From assembly GCA_038244685.1 (NCBI GenBank), contig JBBRTD010000005.1, positions 1 to 45,728 of the forward strand: DNA of 45,728 bases, read 5' to 3'. Positions 8,701 to 17,514 of the stretch are shown piece after piece (position 1 is the stretch's first letter; each line of letters starts with the position of its first letter). The DNA is from Minisyncoccia bacterium. GTDB taxonomy: Bacteria; Patescibacteriota; Minisyncoccia; Phycocordibacterales; UBA9973. Both the position numbers and the translations under genes were made by a program. The notes below the pieces were generated by a model that saw only the letters and a program-made list of their open reading frames with translations, was not told where the DNA came from and did not search any database.

Positions 8701-8990
8701 AGAGTTAAGTGGTAGCGCTTATTATCCACCCCAGGTTCTTTATCGGCTCTACCTCTTTCGGCAATGTAGGCTTCAATACCGATAATTGGCTTAATTCCGG
8801 CCTTGTGAGCTTCTTTATAAAGCTCAATGGCTCCATACATATTTCCGTGGTCAGTGATGGCTATGGCGTTCATACCGTTTTTCTTGGCGGTCTTAACCAT
8901 GTCTGGAATTTTTGAAAGTCCATCTAAAAGAGAGTAGTGGGAATGAGTATGTAGGTGTATGAACTTAGAATCTAATTCCGTTTTTTCCAT
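5784..8990 (-). CDS. dnaE: DNA polymerase III alpha subunit
   Basis: PHP HLHTHSHYSLLDG/TDHGN, FERFLNPER, PDIDMD catalytic motif, SVHAAG, C-terminal OB fold. Confidence 0.99.
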   Translation of the reverse strand: MEKTELDSKFIHLHTHSHYSLLDGLSKIPDMVKTAKKNGMNAIAITDHGNMYGAIELYKEAHKAGIKPIIGIEAYIAERGRADKEPGVDNKRYHLTLLARTKQGYKNLMRLVTIANLEGYYYKPRMDKEVLRLYSEGIICLSGCMGSQLSQAVLAGNNEKAENLIKEHQEIFGKENYFLEVHSHPHVDNDEKLRKGIIALSKKFNIPVVAGQDSHYLCIDDFQAHHTLLAVNTGVMDGKEGTKFEFPEDDFSLIDEKTAFKYFKDIPEAVSNTKMVADLCEEYDLELGTAYFPDFPIPEGKTADEVLRELAYKGFEIRKLEKTQVYIDRLEYELKIIRQKGYPAYFLVVSDLLQFSRDNGIYTNIRGSVAGSLTTYLTGITKVDPIVYKLPFERFLNPERPSLPDIDMDYADNRRDEVIAYAKRKYGDDKVAQIGTFGTMMAKGSVKDVARALGYPYNVGDRISSMIPLGSQGSAMTIDHAIKIVPELKAAYKTEPDTKRIIDLAKKMEGCVRHISVHAAGIVMAPRPLYEFTPVQYDPKGGHIITQYDMYSIEDAGLPKFDFLGIKNLAILAEAVRLVKIIHKVDIDIDTLDLGDKKTFEMLSRGETMGLFQLNGSGMTRYLKELRPSTIHDINAMVALYRPGPMEMIPEYIKRKNNPKFISFIDPRLKDILSMSYGIITYQDDVLMTAIGLAGYSWLEADKLRKAMGKKIPEVMQAEKEKLLAGFVKNGLSEKKAQELWGLIEPFAAYGFGKAHAASYGLVAYQTAYMKANFPVEYMTAIMTSESGDIEKVAEIIHECEKMKIKVLPPNINESFGGFTVIKGSNYATDRTIRFGFYNIKNLGIDIADSIIEERKKNGNFKSLADFFERINHKNLNKKSVEALAKCGAMDEMVPHRNIIMGNLEKLIAFNKEARGTNTHDSLFGDIGGIEVKLSLEDQTEATHQEKLTWEKDLLGLYISGHPLDNYKDKIEKFGTLIKKAREELKVNTPVTIAAIIDDIRLVTTKKNDRMAFIKISDYTGSIDAVIFTKLFEANKEIIIKDTIIALQGKITERNGEKSIMIDNFKKI

Positions 8991-9028
8991 ATTTTCTTAG
9001 TATAGCAAATAAGGTATGATAGTTCTAT

Positions 9029-9652
9029 ATGTCTCAAAAGAGCACAATAAAATATATAATTGGTATAGATGAAGTTGGCCGAGGACCTTTAGCTGGGCCA
9101 GTGGCCGTCTGCTCGTTTATCATAAAAGATGATTCTTTGCTGAAGAATCAAGAAGAAAAAAAATTGCCAAAATTAAAAGATTCAAAAAAATTAAGTAGTA
9201 AACAAAGAGAAATATGGTTTGAATATTTAAAAAAGTCTAAGGCCGAAGACTTGTGTGACTATTCAGTTTCTTTTGTGTCGGGAGAATTTATTGATAAATT
9301 CGGAATAAATAAATGTATTCAAAAAGCATTAAATGAATCTTTACTTAAGGTCACTTCGCCGGAGATGCTTTTTGAGAGGTCCTCGCTTTTTATTTTTTTA
9401 GATGGAGGACTACATGCTAAGGCAGAATATCTAAATCAAGAAACTATTATCAGAGGTGATGAGCTTCACCCTGTGATATCTATGGCTTCTATCATGGCTA
9501 AGGTCTCGCGAGATAGAATAATGATTAAATATGCCAAAGATTATCCAGAGTATGGATTTGAGCGTCATATGGGCTATGGCACTAAGGCTCACTATGAAGC
9601 AATCAAAACTTATGGCCAGACACTAATTCATCGAAAAACTTTCATTCATTAA
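9029..9652 (+). CDS. rnhB: ribonuclease HII
   Basis: GIDEVGRGPLAGPV, DSKKL, ASIMAKVSRD, GYGTKAH, HRKTF. Confidence 0.98.
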   Translation: MSQKSTIKYIIGIDEVGRGPLAGPVAVCSFIIKDDSLLKNQEEKKLPKLKDSKKLSSKQREIWFEYLKKSKAEDLCDYSVSFVSGEFIDKFGINKCIQKALNESLLKVTSPEMLFERSSLFIFLDGGLHAKAEYLNQETIIRGDELHPVISMASIMAKVSRDRIMIKYAKDYPEYGFERHMGYGTKAHYEAIKTYGQTLIHRKTFIH

Positions 9653-9681
9653 AATGCGCTAGGTAAGACCTAGCGCATTTT
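9651..9681. terminator. bidirectional terminator
   Basis: AAAATGCGCTAGGT-AAG-ACCTAGCGCATTTT. Confidence 0.85.
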
Positions 9682-9690
9682 AAATTCATG

Positions 9691-12279
9691 TTAATAATTT
9701 TTACTTAACCATTCTTTGATTAATTTTTTGTCGTCATTTAGCCAGGCTACATTTGATTCAATCTTTTCATATATTTGAGCTAATTCTCTTTCTGCCCCAG
9801 GGGCAATATTTTTAATAAAGAATTTTTTAGCATCTGCTAGGTCTTTTGATTTCGTGTGTGATCCAAGAGGAGAGATTAATCTAGATAAGAAGTGGCCACC
9901 ATCGCCATAATTTTTAATAATTATTTTCCAGTTATTTTTTATAAATTTCCAAGTTATATCTCTACCTTCACGATTTTGCCAAACACTTGTAATTAATTGT
10001 GGAACATCTTGATTTCTAACTTTCCTAGATAGAGCAAAATTCAACGTCTTTAATAGCATCTCTTTATTTTTAAATGAGGCCAGAGCACGAGCATACCTTT
10101 CTTTCTCTTCATGGAAGGCTTCATTGCTATACATTTTCTCGAATATATTCCATTCTTTTAGTCCACCATTATTAGCTATGATACTATATACGATTCCACG
10201 GACATCAGCTCTTATCGGATATTTATCTTTATTCTTAAAGAGTTTTTTAGCTTCATCAATAATTTTTTTATCTCCATAATGAGAAGCCATTGATATTGAT
10301 AAGTTTCTTAAAAAAGTATCAGAGTGATTTTCACCAGCTTTGTGATCCCATCCCATTCTTAAAGCGAGAGGACTGAATAAAGAAAGAGCATATTTTTTGT
10401 ATGATTCAATAAAAGATTCATCTCCTATAATGTTGGCAATTTTATTAATACCGCTTGAAATTTCGGCCCAGACGATAAATTCTTTTTCATTTTTGTATGC
10501 AAGCGAGAAGGAAAGTGCATCTATGGTTTTGATGTATCCACCTTCTGCTAGTGCAAACATATCACGGATAATGCCAAGTCTATCTTTTACAGAGAGTTTT
10601 TCTTTTTCGATTTCATTTTTAAGACGAGCAAGAGTTTCCTTATCATAACGAACTCGAGTAAAGGTACCTTCTTCTTTGTTTACTTTTCCAATAGAAGTTC
10701 CGATAACAGGGGCAGACTTTTTGGTCATCAATAAATTTAGTATCTCATTATTACTTTCATATTTAATTGGTATTTCCCAGAGATTTTTTTTCTGATTTGA
10801 ATTTTTATATATTTTTCCTTGGATTCTACTTGAAAAAAATCTTTCTTGTATAAGCTCTAGATATTGTTTAGATTTAGGCGACACGGTAATTAAAGGGTAG
10901 CCAGTAGCTTTTGTCCAAGAACTCATCATTTGTATTACCTTCTTTTTGCTTACCTTCTCAAACGAATTCCATAAGTCCAAAGTTTCTGTATTCTTGTAAC
11001 TATGCTTTTTTAAATAATGACGAAGTCCGTCGCGGAAATTATCTTGACCTAAATATTCTGCAAGCATGCGTATGACGGCTGAACCTTTGGCATAGGAAAC
11101 CATGTCAAAAATTTCATTTATTTCATTTGGGTGATTAACTTTAATCTCTATTGGGTGGGAATTAGAAAGCGAATCAAGACGAAGGGCGAGAGTATAACGA
11201 TCAGCTATATATAAATCCCAAATATGCCAATCCGGGAATAGGTGGTCTATGCAATAATTCTCCATATAAGAAGCAAATCCTTCGTTGAGCCAAAGGTCTG
11301 TCCACCAAGACATTGTAACTAAGTTACCGAACCATTGATGGGCAAGCTCGTGAGCGATAACGATAGCTGCCCATTGCTTATTTGATAGGGATGTATGTTC
11401 ATCGTCAACCAGAAGGGCTGTTTCTCTGAAGGTGACAGCTCCCCAATTTTCCATGGCAGCGCTTTCAAAGTCAGGAATAGCGATAAGGTCAAGAGTCGGT
11501 AGTGGGTATGGTATATCAAAATATTCATTATAAAATTCAAGTGACTTTATTGCGACATCAAGAGCGAATTTTGCTTGATGAGATTTACCTTTAGTTGTAA
11601 AGACTCGAACTAGAGTTTTGGAAGTTTGATTTGTGTAACCTTCAATGTATTCAAACTCTCCTATAATAAATGCGAGTAAGTAAGTCGACATTATAGGAGT
11701 TGGAGCAAAGGAAACAATTTTATATCCAGCGCTGTGTTCCTTTATTTGAGTTGGTAGAGTATTTGAGATTGCTGTGTGACTCTCAGGAATTATAAGCGAA
11801 ACTTCAAAAATTGCCTTATGAGCTGGTTCATCAAAGCAAGGGAAAGCTCGACGAGCATCTGTCGCTTCAAATTGAGTTGTGGCAATATATTTATCATCTC
11901 CATCTAAGACGTACTTACTTTTATAAAAACCACGGAGTCCATCGTTTATGATTCCACTGAATATAATTGAGATGATACCTTGGCCAATTTTTATTCCATT
12001 TTTAAAATAAAATGTGGCTGTTTCTTTTTCTGTATCGTATTCAATTTTTGATGCGAATTGTTCGGAGTTTTTATTTGCATATTTAGCTGTTTCTATTTTG
12101 ATATCTTTACTGTGGAGGGTAATGCTTTTCCCTTCTTTGTTTACTTTTACTTTTATATTTTCACTACCAGAAAAAGTAGAAGCCATAAGGTCTGGCTGTA
12201 AGATAAGTTCATAGAGGAAGGGGATTATATGTTTTTGTAACTGCACAGATTTACTCTTTTTTTTTGAATTATTGGTCAT
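9691..12279 (-). CDS. pepN: M1 family aminopeptidase (puromycin-sensitive/ERAP1-C type)
   Basis: TQFEATDARRAFPCFDEP, AAMENWG, HELAHQWFGN..WLNEGFA zinc motif, SYAKG. Confidence 0.95.
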   Translation of the reverse strand: MTNNSKKKSKSVQLQKHIIPFLYELILQPDLMASTFSGSENIKVKVNKEGKSITLHSKDIKIETAKYANKNSEQFASKIEYDTEKETATFYFKNGIKIGQGIISIIFSGIINDGLRGFYKSKYVLDGDDKYIATTQFEATDARRAFPCFDEPAHKAIFEVSLIIPESHTAISNTLPTQIKEHSAGYKIVSFAPTPIMSTYLLAFIIGEFEYIEGYTNQTSKTLVRVFTTKGKSHQAKFALDVAIKSLEFYNEYFDIPYPLPTLDLIAIPDFESAAMENWGAVTFRETALLVDDEHTSLSNKQWAAIVIAHELAHQWFGNLVTMSWWTDLWLNEGFASYMENYCIDHLFPDWHIWDLYIADRYTLALRLDSLSNSHPIEIKVNHPNEINEIFDMVSYAKGSAVIRMLAEYLGQDNFRDGLRHYLKKHSYKNTETLDLWNSFEKVSKKKVIQMMSSWTKATGYPLITVSPKSKQYLELIQERFFSSRIQGKIYKNSNQKKNLWEIPIKYESNNEILNLLMTKKSAPVIGTSIGKVNKEEGTFTRVRYDKETLARLKNEIEKEKLSVKDRLGIIRDMFALAEGGYIKTIDALSFSLAYKNEKEFIVWAEISSGINKIANIIGDESFIESYKKYALSLFSPLALRMGWDHKAGENHSDTFLRNLSISMASHYGDKKIIDEAKKLFKNKDKYPIRADVRGIVYSIIANNGGLKEWNIFEKMYSNEAFHEEKERYARALASFKNKEMLLKTLNFALSRKVRNQDVPQLITSVWQNREGRDITWKFIKNNWKIIIKNYGDGGHFLSRLISPLGSHTKSKDLADAKKFFIKNIAPGAERELAQIYEKIESNVAWLNDDKKLIKEWLSKNY

Positions 12280-12378
12280 AATTTTGATTATAACAAAGCT
12301 AATAGCTTAATAATAGCCCTTATTTTGAGCCGATATTGGGGCTTGACAAAAGGTATGTTTATATGATATAATACCCTC

Positions 12379-13080
12379 ATGAAAAACAAAGCATTAAAAA
12401 ATTTAATATTCCTTGGAATTATAGCTATCTTTTTTGCAGGGGTTAATTTTGCCCAAGCTTATGATAATGGCTACAGAGTAAGTGTTATTGATCTTAGTCC
12501 TGCAGTTGCAGCTAACAATATTTATGCGGCTTACCCAACTTATGCTCAACCACAGCCTTATACATATGTTCAAGCACAGCAACCAGTACAATATGTTCAG
12601 CAACCGGTTCAATACGTGCAGCAACCAGTACAGTATGTACAGCAAGCTCAAACTCAGGTTCAGTATGTAGCCCCAACTGTTCAGTATGTTCCACAGCAAA
12701 CTGTAAAATATGTGAATACAGGTTCTACACAAGGAGCATCAGTTATCGGAGCTTCAGTTGCGACACCTATAGTAAAGACTTACAGTGTGAATACAGGTAC
12801 AGCAAGTAATACTGGTCAGTTTGTAAGTTACGAAGGTTACAATTCAAATCAAATGATTGCCAGTGCTTACGGTGCAAATCCACAGCAAGTTCTAGTAGGT
12901 CAACCTGTAGATACAAACGGAGTAACTGCATTGTCAGTAAATGGTTCAGGAAGTTTTATGCCAAGTTCAGTATTTCAATGGATTATGTTAGTACTATTAA
13001 TATTAGCAATTGTTATAGTTGCTCGTATGTTAGCTAAGAAGTCTGTTAATAATGATCCTCATTCAGTTCCTGCTCATTAA
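12379..13080 (+). CDS. surface protein with signal peptide, Q/V/Y low-complexity repeats and C-terminal TM anchor
   Basis: AQA signal cleavage motif; (QQPVQYV)x3; hydrophobic helix followed by KK. Confidence 0.85.
   Translation: MKNKALKNLIFLGIIAIFFAGVNFAQAYDNGYRVSVIDLSPAVAANNIYAAYPTYAQPQPYTYVQAQQPVQYVQQPVQYVQQPVQYVQQAQTQVQYVAPTVQYVPQQTVKYVNTGSTQGASVIGASVATPIVKTYSVNTGTASNTGQFVSYEGYNSNQMIASAYGANPQQVLVGQPVDTNGVTALSVNGSGSFMPSSVFQWIMLVLLILAIVIVARMLAKKSVNNDPHSVPAH
12577..12645 (+). repeat. 21-nt coding tandem repeat, 3+ copies
   Basis: CAGCAACCAGTACAATATGTT / CAGCAACCGGTTCAATACGTG / CAGCAACCAGTACAGTATGTA; differences are synonymous. Confidence 0.9.
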
Positions 13081-13098
13081 TTAATTCTACATTCCTTA

Positions 13099-13134
13099 AT
13101 TATAAAACCCCTCCAAATGGAGGGGTTTTATAAT
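13099..13134. terminator. terminator
   Basis: ATTATAAAACCCCTCCA-AA-TGGAGGGGTTTTATAAT. Confidence 0.8.
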
Positions 13135-13184
13135 ATTTAAAAAAGAACATCCTTTGTTTGGATGCTCTTCTTTAAATTTTCGTG

Positions 13185-13367
13185 CTATGCACTTATTTTC
13201 TCTTGTTTTTTATTTATGACAAGATATAGCAACAAGGAGTTAGCTTTCTTTATTGATACTAGTCTTGTCCTTAGAGAAAAAAGAATCACTGCAAAAGGTG
13301 AGTAGCCAGCTTTTGTCAGGGCGTCACTAAACAATTGACGAATAAATGAATCTTGTATTTCTTTCAT
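13185..13367 (-). CDS. small hypothetical protein (60 aa)
   Basis: Upstream TTGACA-16-TATCAT on minus strand and downstream hairpin 13143-13169. Confidence 0.5.
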   Translation of the reverse strand: MKEIQDSFIRQLFSDALTKAGYSPFAVILFSLRTRLVSIKKANSLLLYLVINKKQEKISA

Positions 13368-13501
13368 CTTGCTAGATTTTAAATTTACTTTTATGATACA
13401 ACTTTACTAATTTGTGTCAATAATTATTATCTCAATAGAATGTTCATTACTTTGCATTTTTGATACATTTTTGGTACTATGGTCACATCTATGAAGAATA
13501 G

Positions 13502-13681
13502 ATACATTCCGTGGTAGCGAGCGGTGGAGTGAGTGTTGGGTAAAGGGACCCGACACGCAAGACCTTGAATATTTTGTAATCAAAATGTGAAAGGTATACA
13601 GCTCCTGTAAGGAGGTCGCCCGTAAGGCGAACGCTCATACAATGCTTAGTAATACGAAATACGTTCTGTTAAGAAATTTAT
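13502..13681 (+). ncRNA. structured element upstream of tRNA-Asn, bounded by a 17-bp direct repeat of the tRNA 5' end
   Basis: ATACATTCCGTGGTAGC at 13502 and 13682; GAGCG/CGCTC closing stem (13519-13636) enclosing four hairpins; promoter TTGCAT-17-TACTAT upstream. Confidence 0.6.
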
Positions 13682-13687
13682 ATACAT

Positions 13688-13762
13688 TCCGTGGTAGCTC
13701 AGCGGTAGAGCGGTCGCCTGTTAAGCGATTGGTCGTAGGTTCGATCCCTACCCACGGAGCCA
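13688..13762 (+). tRNA. tRNA-Asn (GTT)
   Basis: Acceptor TCCGTGG/CCACGGA, D-arm GCTC/GAGC, anticodon loop CTGTTAA, T-loop TTCGATC, encoded CCA. Confidence 0.98.
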
Positions 13763-13797
13763 AAACAAAAACCCCCAGAAATGGGGTGTTTTTATTT

Positions 13798-13934
13798 TGG
13801 CTCCGTGAGCAAAGTATCTGCATACTTTGCGTGGTAGGGATCGAAGCCAATTTCGTTTTTCGGTGCTAATCGAAACGAAAAGGTCTACTGGTCATGTAAT
13901 GACCGATATGTGTACTCACGTCTCTACCCACGGA
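13798..13934. repeat. tRNA-derived inverted/direct repeat element
   Basis: Antisense copy of tRNA 3' end (TGGCTCCGTG 13798-13807 plus GGTAGGGATCGAA 13833-13845) split by a hairpin; two more hairpins; direct copy CTACCCACGGA at 13924-13934. Confidence 0.75.
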
Positions 13935-13994
13935 AATTGCTTTTTATTAAAATTGTAATATGATTAACACATTAATAATCATTTAAAATATTGT

Positions 13995-14222
13995 ATGAAA
14001 AAAATTGCAGTTTTAAGTGTTCTAGGTTTTCTGTTATTAGGTTTATTTGGTTTTACAAATAATTCTGAAGCTCTTACTCGAGTCAAAGGTTATACCAAAA
14101 AAAGTGGTACTTATGTAATGCCTCATTATAAATCAACTTCTAATAAAGTTAAATACGACAATTATTCATCTAAAGGAAACTATAATCCATACACAGGGAA
14201 AAAGGGTTATAAGAAATGGTAA
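13995..14222 (+). CDS. small secreted basic protein
   Basis: Signal peptide; VKGYTKKSGTYVMPHYKS...GNYNPYTGKKG motif of a widespread uncharacterised family. Confidence 0.85.
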   Translation: MKKIAVLSVLGFLLLGLFGFTNNSEALTRVKGYTKKSGTYVMPHYKSTSNKVKYDNYSSKGNYNPYTGKKGYKKW

Positions 14223-14224
14223 AT

Positions 14225-14563
14225 ATGGAAAACCTTATAAAAAAAATATTAAAGTTTAGAGATGATAGAGATTGGAAACAATTTCACAACCCAAAGGATT
14301 GCGCCATATCTCTTTCTCTTGAGGCAGCAGAAGTTTTGGAACATTTTCAATGGAAGAATAAAGAGGAGATAGAAGAATATTTAAAAACACACAAAGAACA
14401 CATAGGTGAAGAATTAGCTGATGTTCTTTATTGGGTGCTTCTAATGAGTAATGATTTAGGTATAGATATAATTAAAGCTTCAGAAAAGAAATTAAAAAAG
14501 AATGGATTAAATTATCCAATTAGTAAATCTAAAGGTAAGCATACAAAATATAACCTTTTATAA
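14225..14563 (+). CDS. MazG-like nucleotide pyrophosphohydrolase (dCTP pyrophosphatase-like)
   Basis: RDWKQFHNPKD, EAAEVLEHFQW, EELADVL, NYP. Confidence 0.92.
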   Translation: MENLIKKILKFRDDRDWKQFHNPKDCAISLSLEAAEVLEHFQWKNKEEIEEYLKTHKEHIGEELADVLYWVLLMSNDLGIDIIKASEKKLKKNGLNYPISKSKGKHTKYNLL

Positions 14564-14683
14564 AATAATTCATTGTCAAAGTTAATTTATTATTCACGAA
14601 TTAAACGTTAAATATTTATATGGATATTTTTTTGTATCTTAGTAGAAGTTCGAACCTAGATAATTTTGGTATATAATATAAAA

Positions 14684-15208
14684 ATGAAAAAAGCTTTTGT
14701 TTGTCTCATCACTGGCCCAGCAGGGTCTGGTAAATCTTCGGTTTCAAAAGCATTGGCTGATAAATTTGAACGAAGTGCTGTAATTGAAGTAGATACTCTT
14801 CGTCATATGATAAAAGGTGGTTATGCAAGACCTTGGCCTCATAACGAGGAAGTGGATTTACAAGTTTCTCTCAGTATGAAAAATGCCTGTGATATGGCTA
14901 ATAATTTATTTGAAAAAGGTTTCAGTGTGTTTATTGATGACGTAATCGGGAGAAAGTTACTAGCACAATATTCAAATTCTTTCAAAGACAAAAACTTCAA
15001 AGCATTCTTACTAATGCCTTCATTAGAGTCTTTGTTGAAACGTTTTGACGATAGAGGGAACGACAAAGAACTTCGCGAGAGAACCATAGAACTTCATAAA
15101 AGATTTTCAGAAAAGAAAGATGAGTTAAATTGTCAAATTATAAATTCTAGCGACCAGACACTAGAGGAAACAGTAGTTGAGATTTATAAAGCAATAGTTT
15201 CATCATAG
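14684..15208 (+). CDS. P-loop kinase/phosphotransferase (AAA_33-like)
   Basis: ITGPAGSGKS Walker A, DTLR, LLKRFDDR lid; leaderless start 6 nt after TATAAT. Confidence 0.85.
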   Translation: MKKAFVCLITGPAGSGKSSVSKALADKFERSAVIEVDTLRHMIKGGYARPWPHNEEVDLQVSLSMKNACDMANNLFEKGFSVFIDDVIGRKLLAQYSNSFKDKNFKAFLLMPSLESLLKRFDDRGNDKELRERTIELHKRFSEKKDELNCQIINSSDQTLEETVVEIYKAIVSS

Positions 15209-15413
15209 GAAGTCCCGATAATAGCTTTCCTAACCTCGTCCCAAATTCGGAGTAAAATTTTCAACCATATTTAATAATGGTTATTTTTTGTATTCGAGAT
15301 AGATAAGAAATTGTGAAGTAATCATGATTATTATTGGTTAAATTACATATTAATTTTAAATTCATGTAGGATTATTACAATAAATATATTATAAATTAAT
15401 CTATTATTATTTT

Positions 15414-17099
15414 ATGTATAAATATTCTATTGGAATTTTAGTGTTCATGTACATTTTATTTTTTAATAATACTAATTTTGTTTTTTCATTAAGTGATAAT
15501 ATTGTTCTTAACCCATCTGTTGAATCAGCTACAGTCTCTAGTGCTTCACCAGACAACTGGTTACAAGATACCTGGGGAAATAATACACCTCAATTTATAT
15601 ATAAAAATACTGGCCATACATCAAATCATAGTTTATATATAAAAATGTCAGGGTGGAATACTGGTGATGCAAAGTGGTATTTCACACCTGTAAATGTGAT
15701 ACCAGATACAGATTACATTTACTCAGATTATTATATGTCAAACGTGAAGACAAGCATTGTTGCTATGAGTTTAGATGCACAAGGTACTCCTACTTATTTT
15801 GATGTTTCAACGGTTGTACCCGCTTCAAATTCTGTATGGAAACAAGCTACATATACATTCCGCACATTGCCAACCACTAAAACTATAACAATCTTTCATT
15901 TAATTCAGAAAAATGGATGGCTTCAGACTGATGATTATAATTTATCCCAACAAACAGGAACTGTAGTGTCTAGTTATGTGCCCAATAATTCAATGGAGAT
16001 AGTGTCACCAGTAGATTCTAGTCTGCCTAATCATTGGCTGCAGTCGTCATGGGGAGATAATACTCCATTATATGAATATGCAAATAATGGACATGATGGT
16101 TCAAGAAGTGTAAAACTTACAATGACAAACTATGTTTCTGGGGATGCTAAGTGGGATTACACTCCTCAAGTCCTTCCTCGTAGTAAAGATTACCAATTTA
16201 CTGCATGGTATAAAACTGACACCATCCCTCATGTAGTTGTACACTATATAAAAAATGACGGCACTGAAGATTTTTTTGGACTTTCCGATCCAGAACCAAT
16301 TGGAATTGACTGGCAGCAGTACAAAGGTGTATTTTCAGTTCCCCAAAACGTTAAAAAATTGTCAATATATTTTTTCCTCTCAAATAATGGCTTTTTACAA
16401 ACTGATAATTATCAAATTACCCCATATCAATATACTGGCTTTAATCGTCCTATCGTGACCTTGAGTTTTGATGATGGCTTTGAAAGCAATGTAAATACTG
16501 TATTACCAGTACTAGATAAATATGGATTCAAGGCTACTCATTGTTACGCTACTACATACTTAGAAGGACAGCCTACTCAAATTAGTAGTTTGTTAAAGAT
16601 TTCAAAGGATGGTCAGGAAACTTGCGATCATACTGTTAATCATTACGATTTGACGACTCAGTCTATATCAACAATTGATTACGAGTTATCACATTCTCAA
16701 AATTTCCTTGCAAATACAACCGGTCAACAAATTACAGATTTTGCAACTCCGTTCGGCTCCTATAATTTAAATGTAATTCAAGAAATAAAAAAATATTTTA
16801 AATCGCATCGTACTACTGATGAAGGTTATAATTCAAAAGATAATTTAAATCCGTATAAGATACTAGTACAGAATATGCAAGTTAACACCACTCTTGCACA
16901 ATTCCAACAATGGGTAAATAAAGCGAAGACAGATAATACTTGGCTTGTATTTCTTTATCATGCAGTTGATGTTCCTGGTGGTCTCGATCAATTTGATACG
17001 AAGAAAGCTGATTTTGATGCTCAGATGAAATGGTTAGCATCAACAGGTATTACAGTAAAACCGATTAATCAAGCTCTGGTTGAAGTGCAAGCACAGTAA
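15414..17099 (+). CDS. secreted polysaccharide deacetylase (CE4/NodB) with two N-terminal carbohydrate-binding-like repeats
   Basis: LSFDDG, DHTVNH, TPFG, FLYH motifs; duplicated ~160-aa modules (WLQxxWGxNTP, GDAKW, NGxLQTDxY). Confidence 0.9.
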   Translation: MYKYSIGILVFMYILFFNNTNFVFSLSDNIVLNPSVESATVSSASPDNWLQDTWGNNTPQFIYKNTGHTSNHSLYIKMSGWNTGDAKWYFTPVNVIPDTDYIYSDYYMSNVKTSIVAMSLDAQGTPTYFDVSTVVPASNSVWKQATYTFRTLPTTKTITIFHLIQKNGWLQTDDYNLSQQTGTVVSSYVPNNSMEIVSPVDSSLPNHWLQSSWGDNTPLYEYANNGHDGSRSVKLTMTNYVSGDAKWDYTPQVLPRSKDYQFTAWYKTDTIPHVVVHYIKNDGTEDFFGLSDPEPIGIDWQQYKGVFSVPQNVKKLSIYFFLSNNGFLQTDNYQITPYQYTGFNRPIVTLSFDDGFESNVNTVLPVLDKYGFKATHCYATTYLEGQPTQISSLLKISKDGQETCDHTVNHYDLTTQSISTIDYELSHSQNFLANTTGQQITDFATPFGSYNLNVIQEIKKYFKSHRTTDEGYNSKDNLNPYKILVQNMQVNTTLAQFQQWVNKAKTDNTWLVFLYHAVDVPGGLDQFDTKKADFDAQMKWLASTGITVKPINQALVEVQAQ

Positions 17100-17271
17100 T
17101 TATAATAGCAACAAAAATATCGAGAGCGGAATGAAATATTTCATTCCGCTTTTGTTTAGAAAGGTCTCCACTTCGCCCCACAAAAAAAGGGGGGTAAATA
17201 TTGACATAACACTATTTATATTATATTATCTCAACGAGAATAATGTTGTTCTCGTAAAAAAGGAGGTTATT

Positions 17272-17514
17272 ATGAAACTTTTTGATTCAGATTTTAATGA
17301 GGTTTGTGCAAAATGGGCCGTCAATCATCTTGTTCGAAATGGAATGACTCTTAAACCACTTGAGGTTAAACGAGAAATTCAAAATAGGGCAAAGGAATGG
17401 GGTGTTCCTGTGGAAAAAGTTGCGGAAGCACATAAGCTCATGTTTAATTATTTGGCAGGAATGAGCGATGCCAAAATTGATGATATTTTAAATTCAGATA
17501 AGGTTGAAAAGTAA
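17272..17514 (+). CDS. hypothetical protein (80 aa)
   Basis: AAGGAGG SD 5 nt upstream of ATG 17272; TTGACA-17-TATTAT promoter; the longer ORF-track start crosses a terminator. Confidence 0.75.
   Translation: MKLFDSDFNEVCAKWAVNHLVRNGMTLKPLEVKREIQNRAKEWGVPVEKVAEAHKLMFNYLAGMSDAKIDDILNSDKVEK

Noticed and set aside
13519-13636. Hammerhead, HDV/theta ribozyme or tRNA intron
   Set aside because: No CUGANGA/GAAA core or recognisable nested pseudoknot by eye; the tRNA downstream is complete and uninterrupted
13635-13869. ORFs 13635-13850 (-) and 13642-13869 (+)
   Set aside because: Shadow ORFs over tRNA-Asn and its repeats
17199-17226. dif/pdif-like site (TATTGACATAA-CACTAT-TTATATTATAT)
   Set aside because: Better explained as a TTGACA-17-TATTAT promoter; the XerC-like arm is poor
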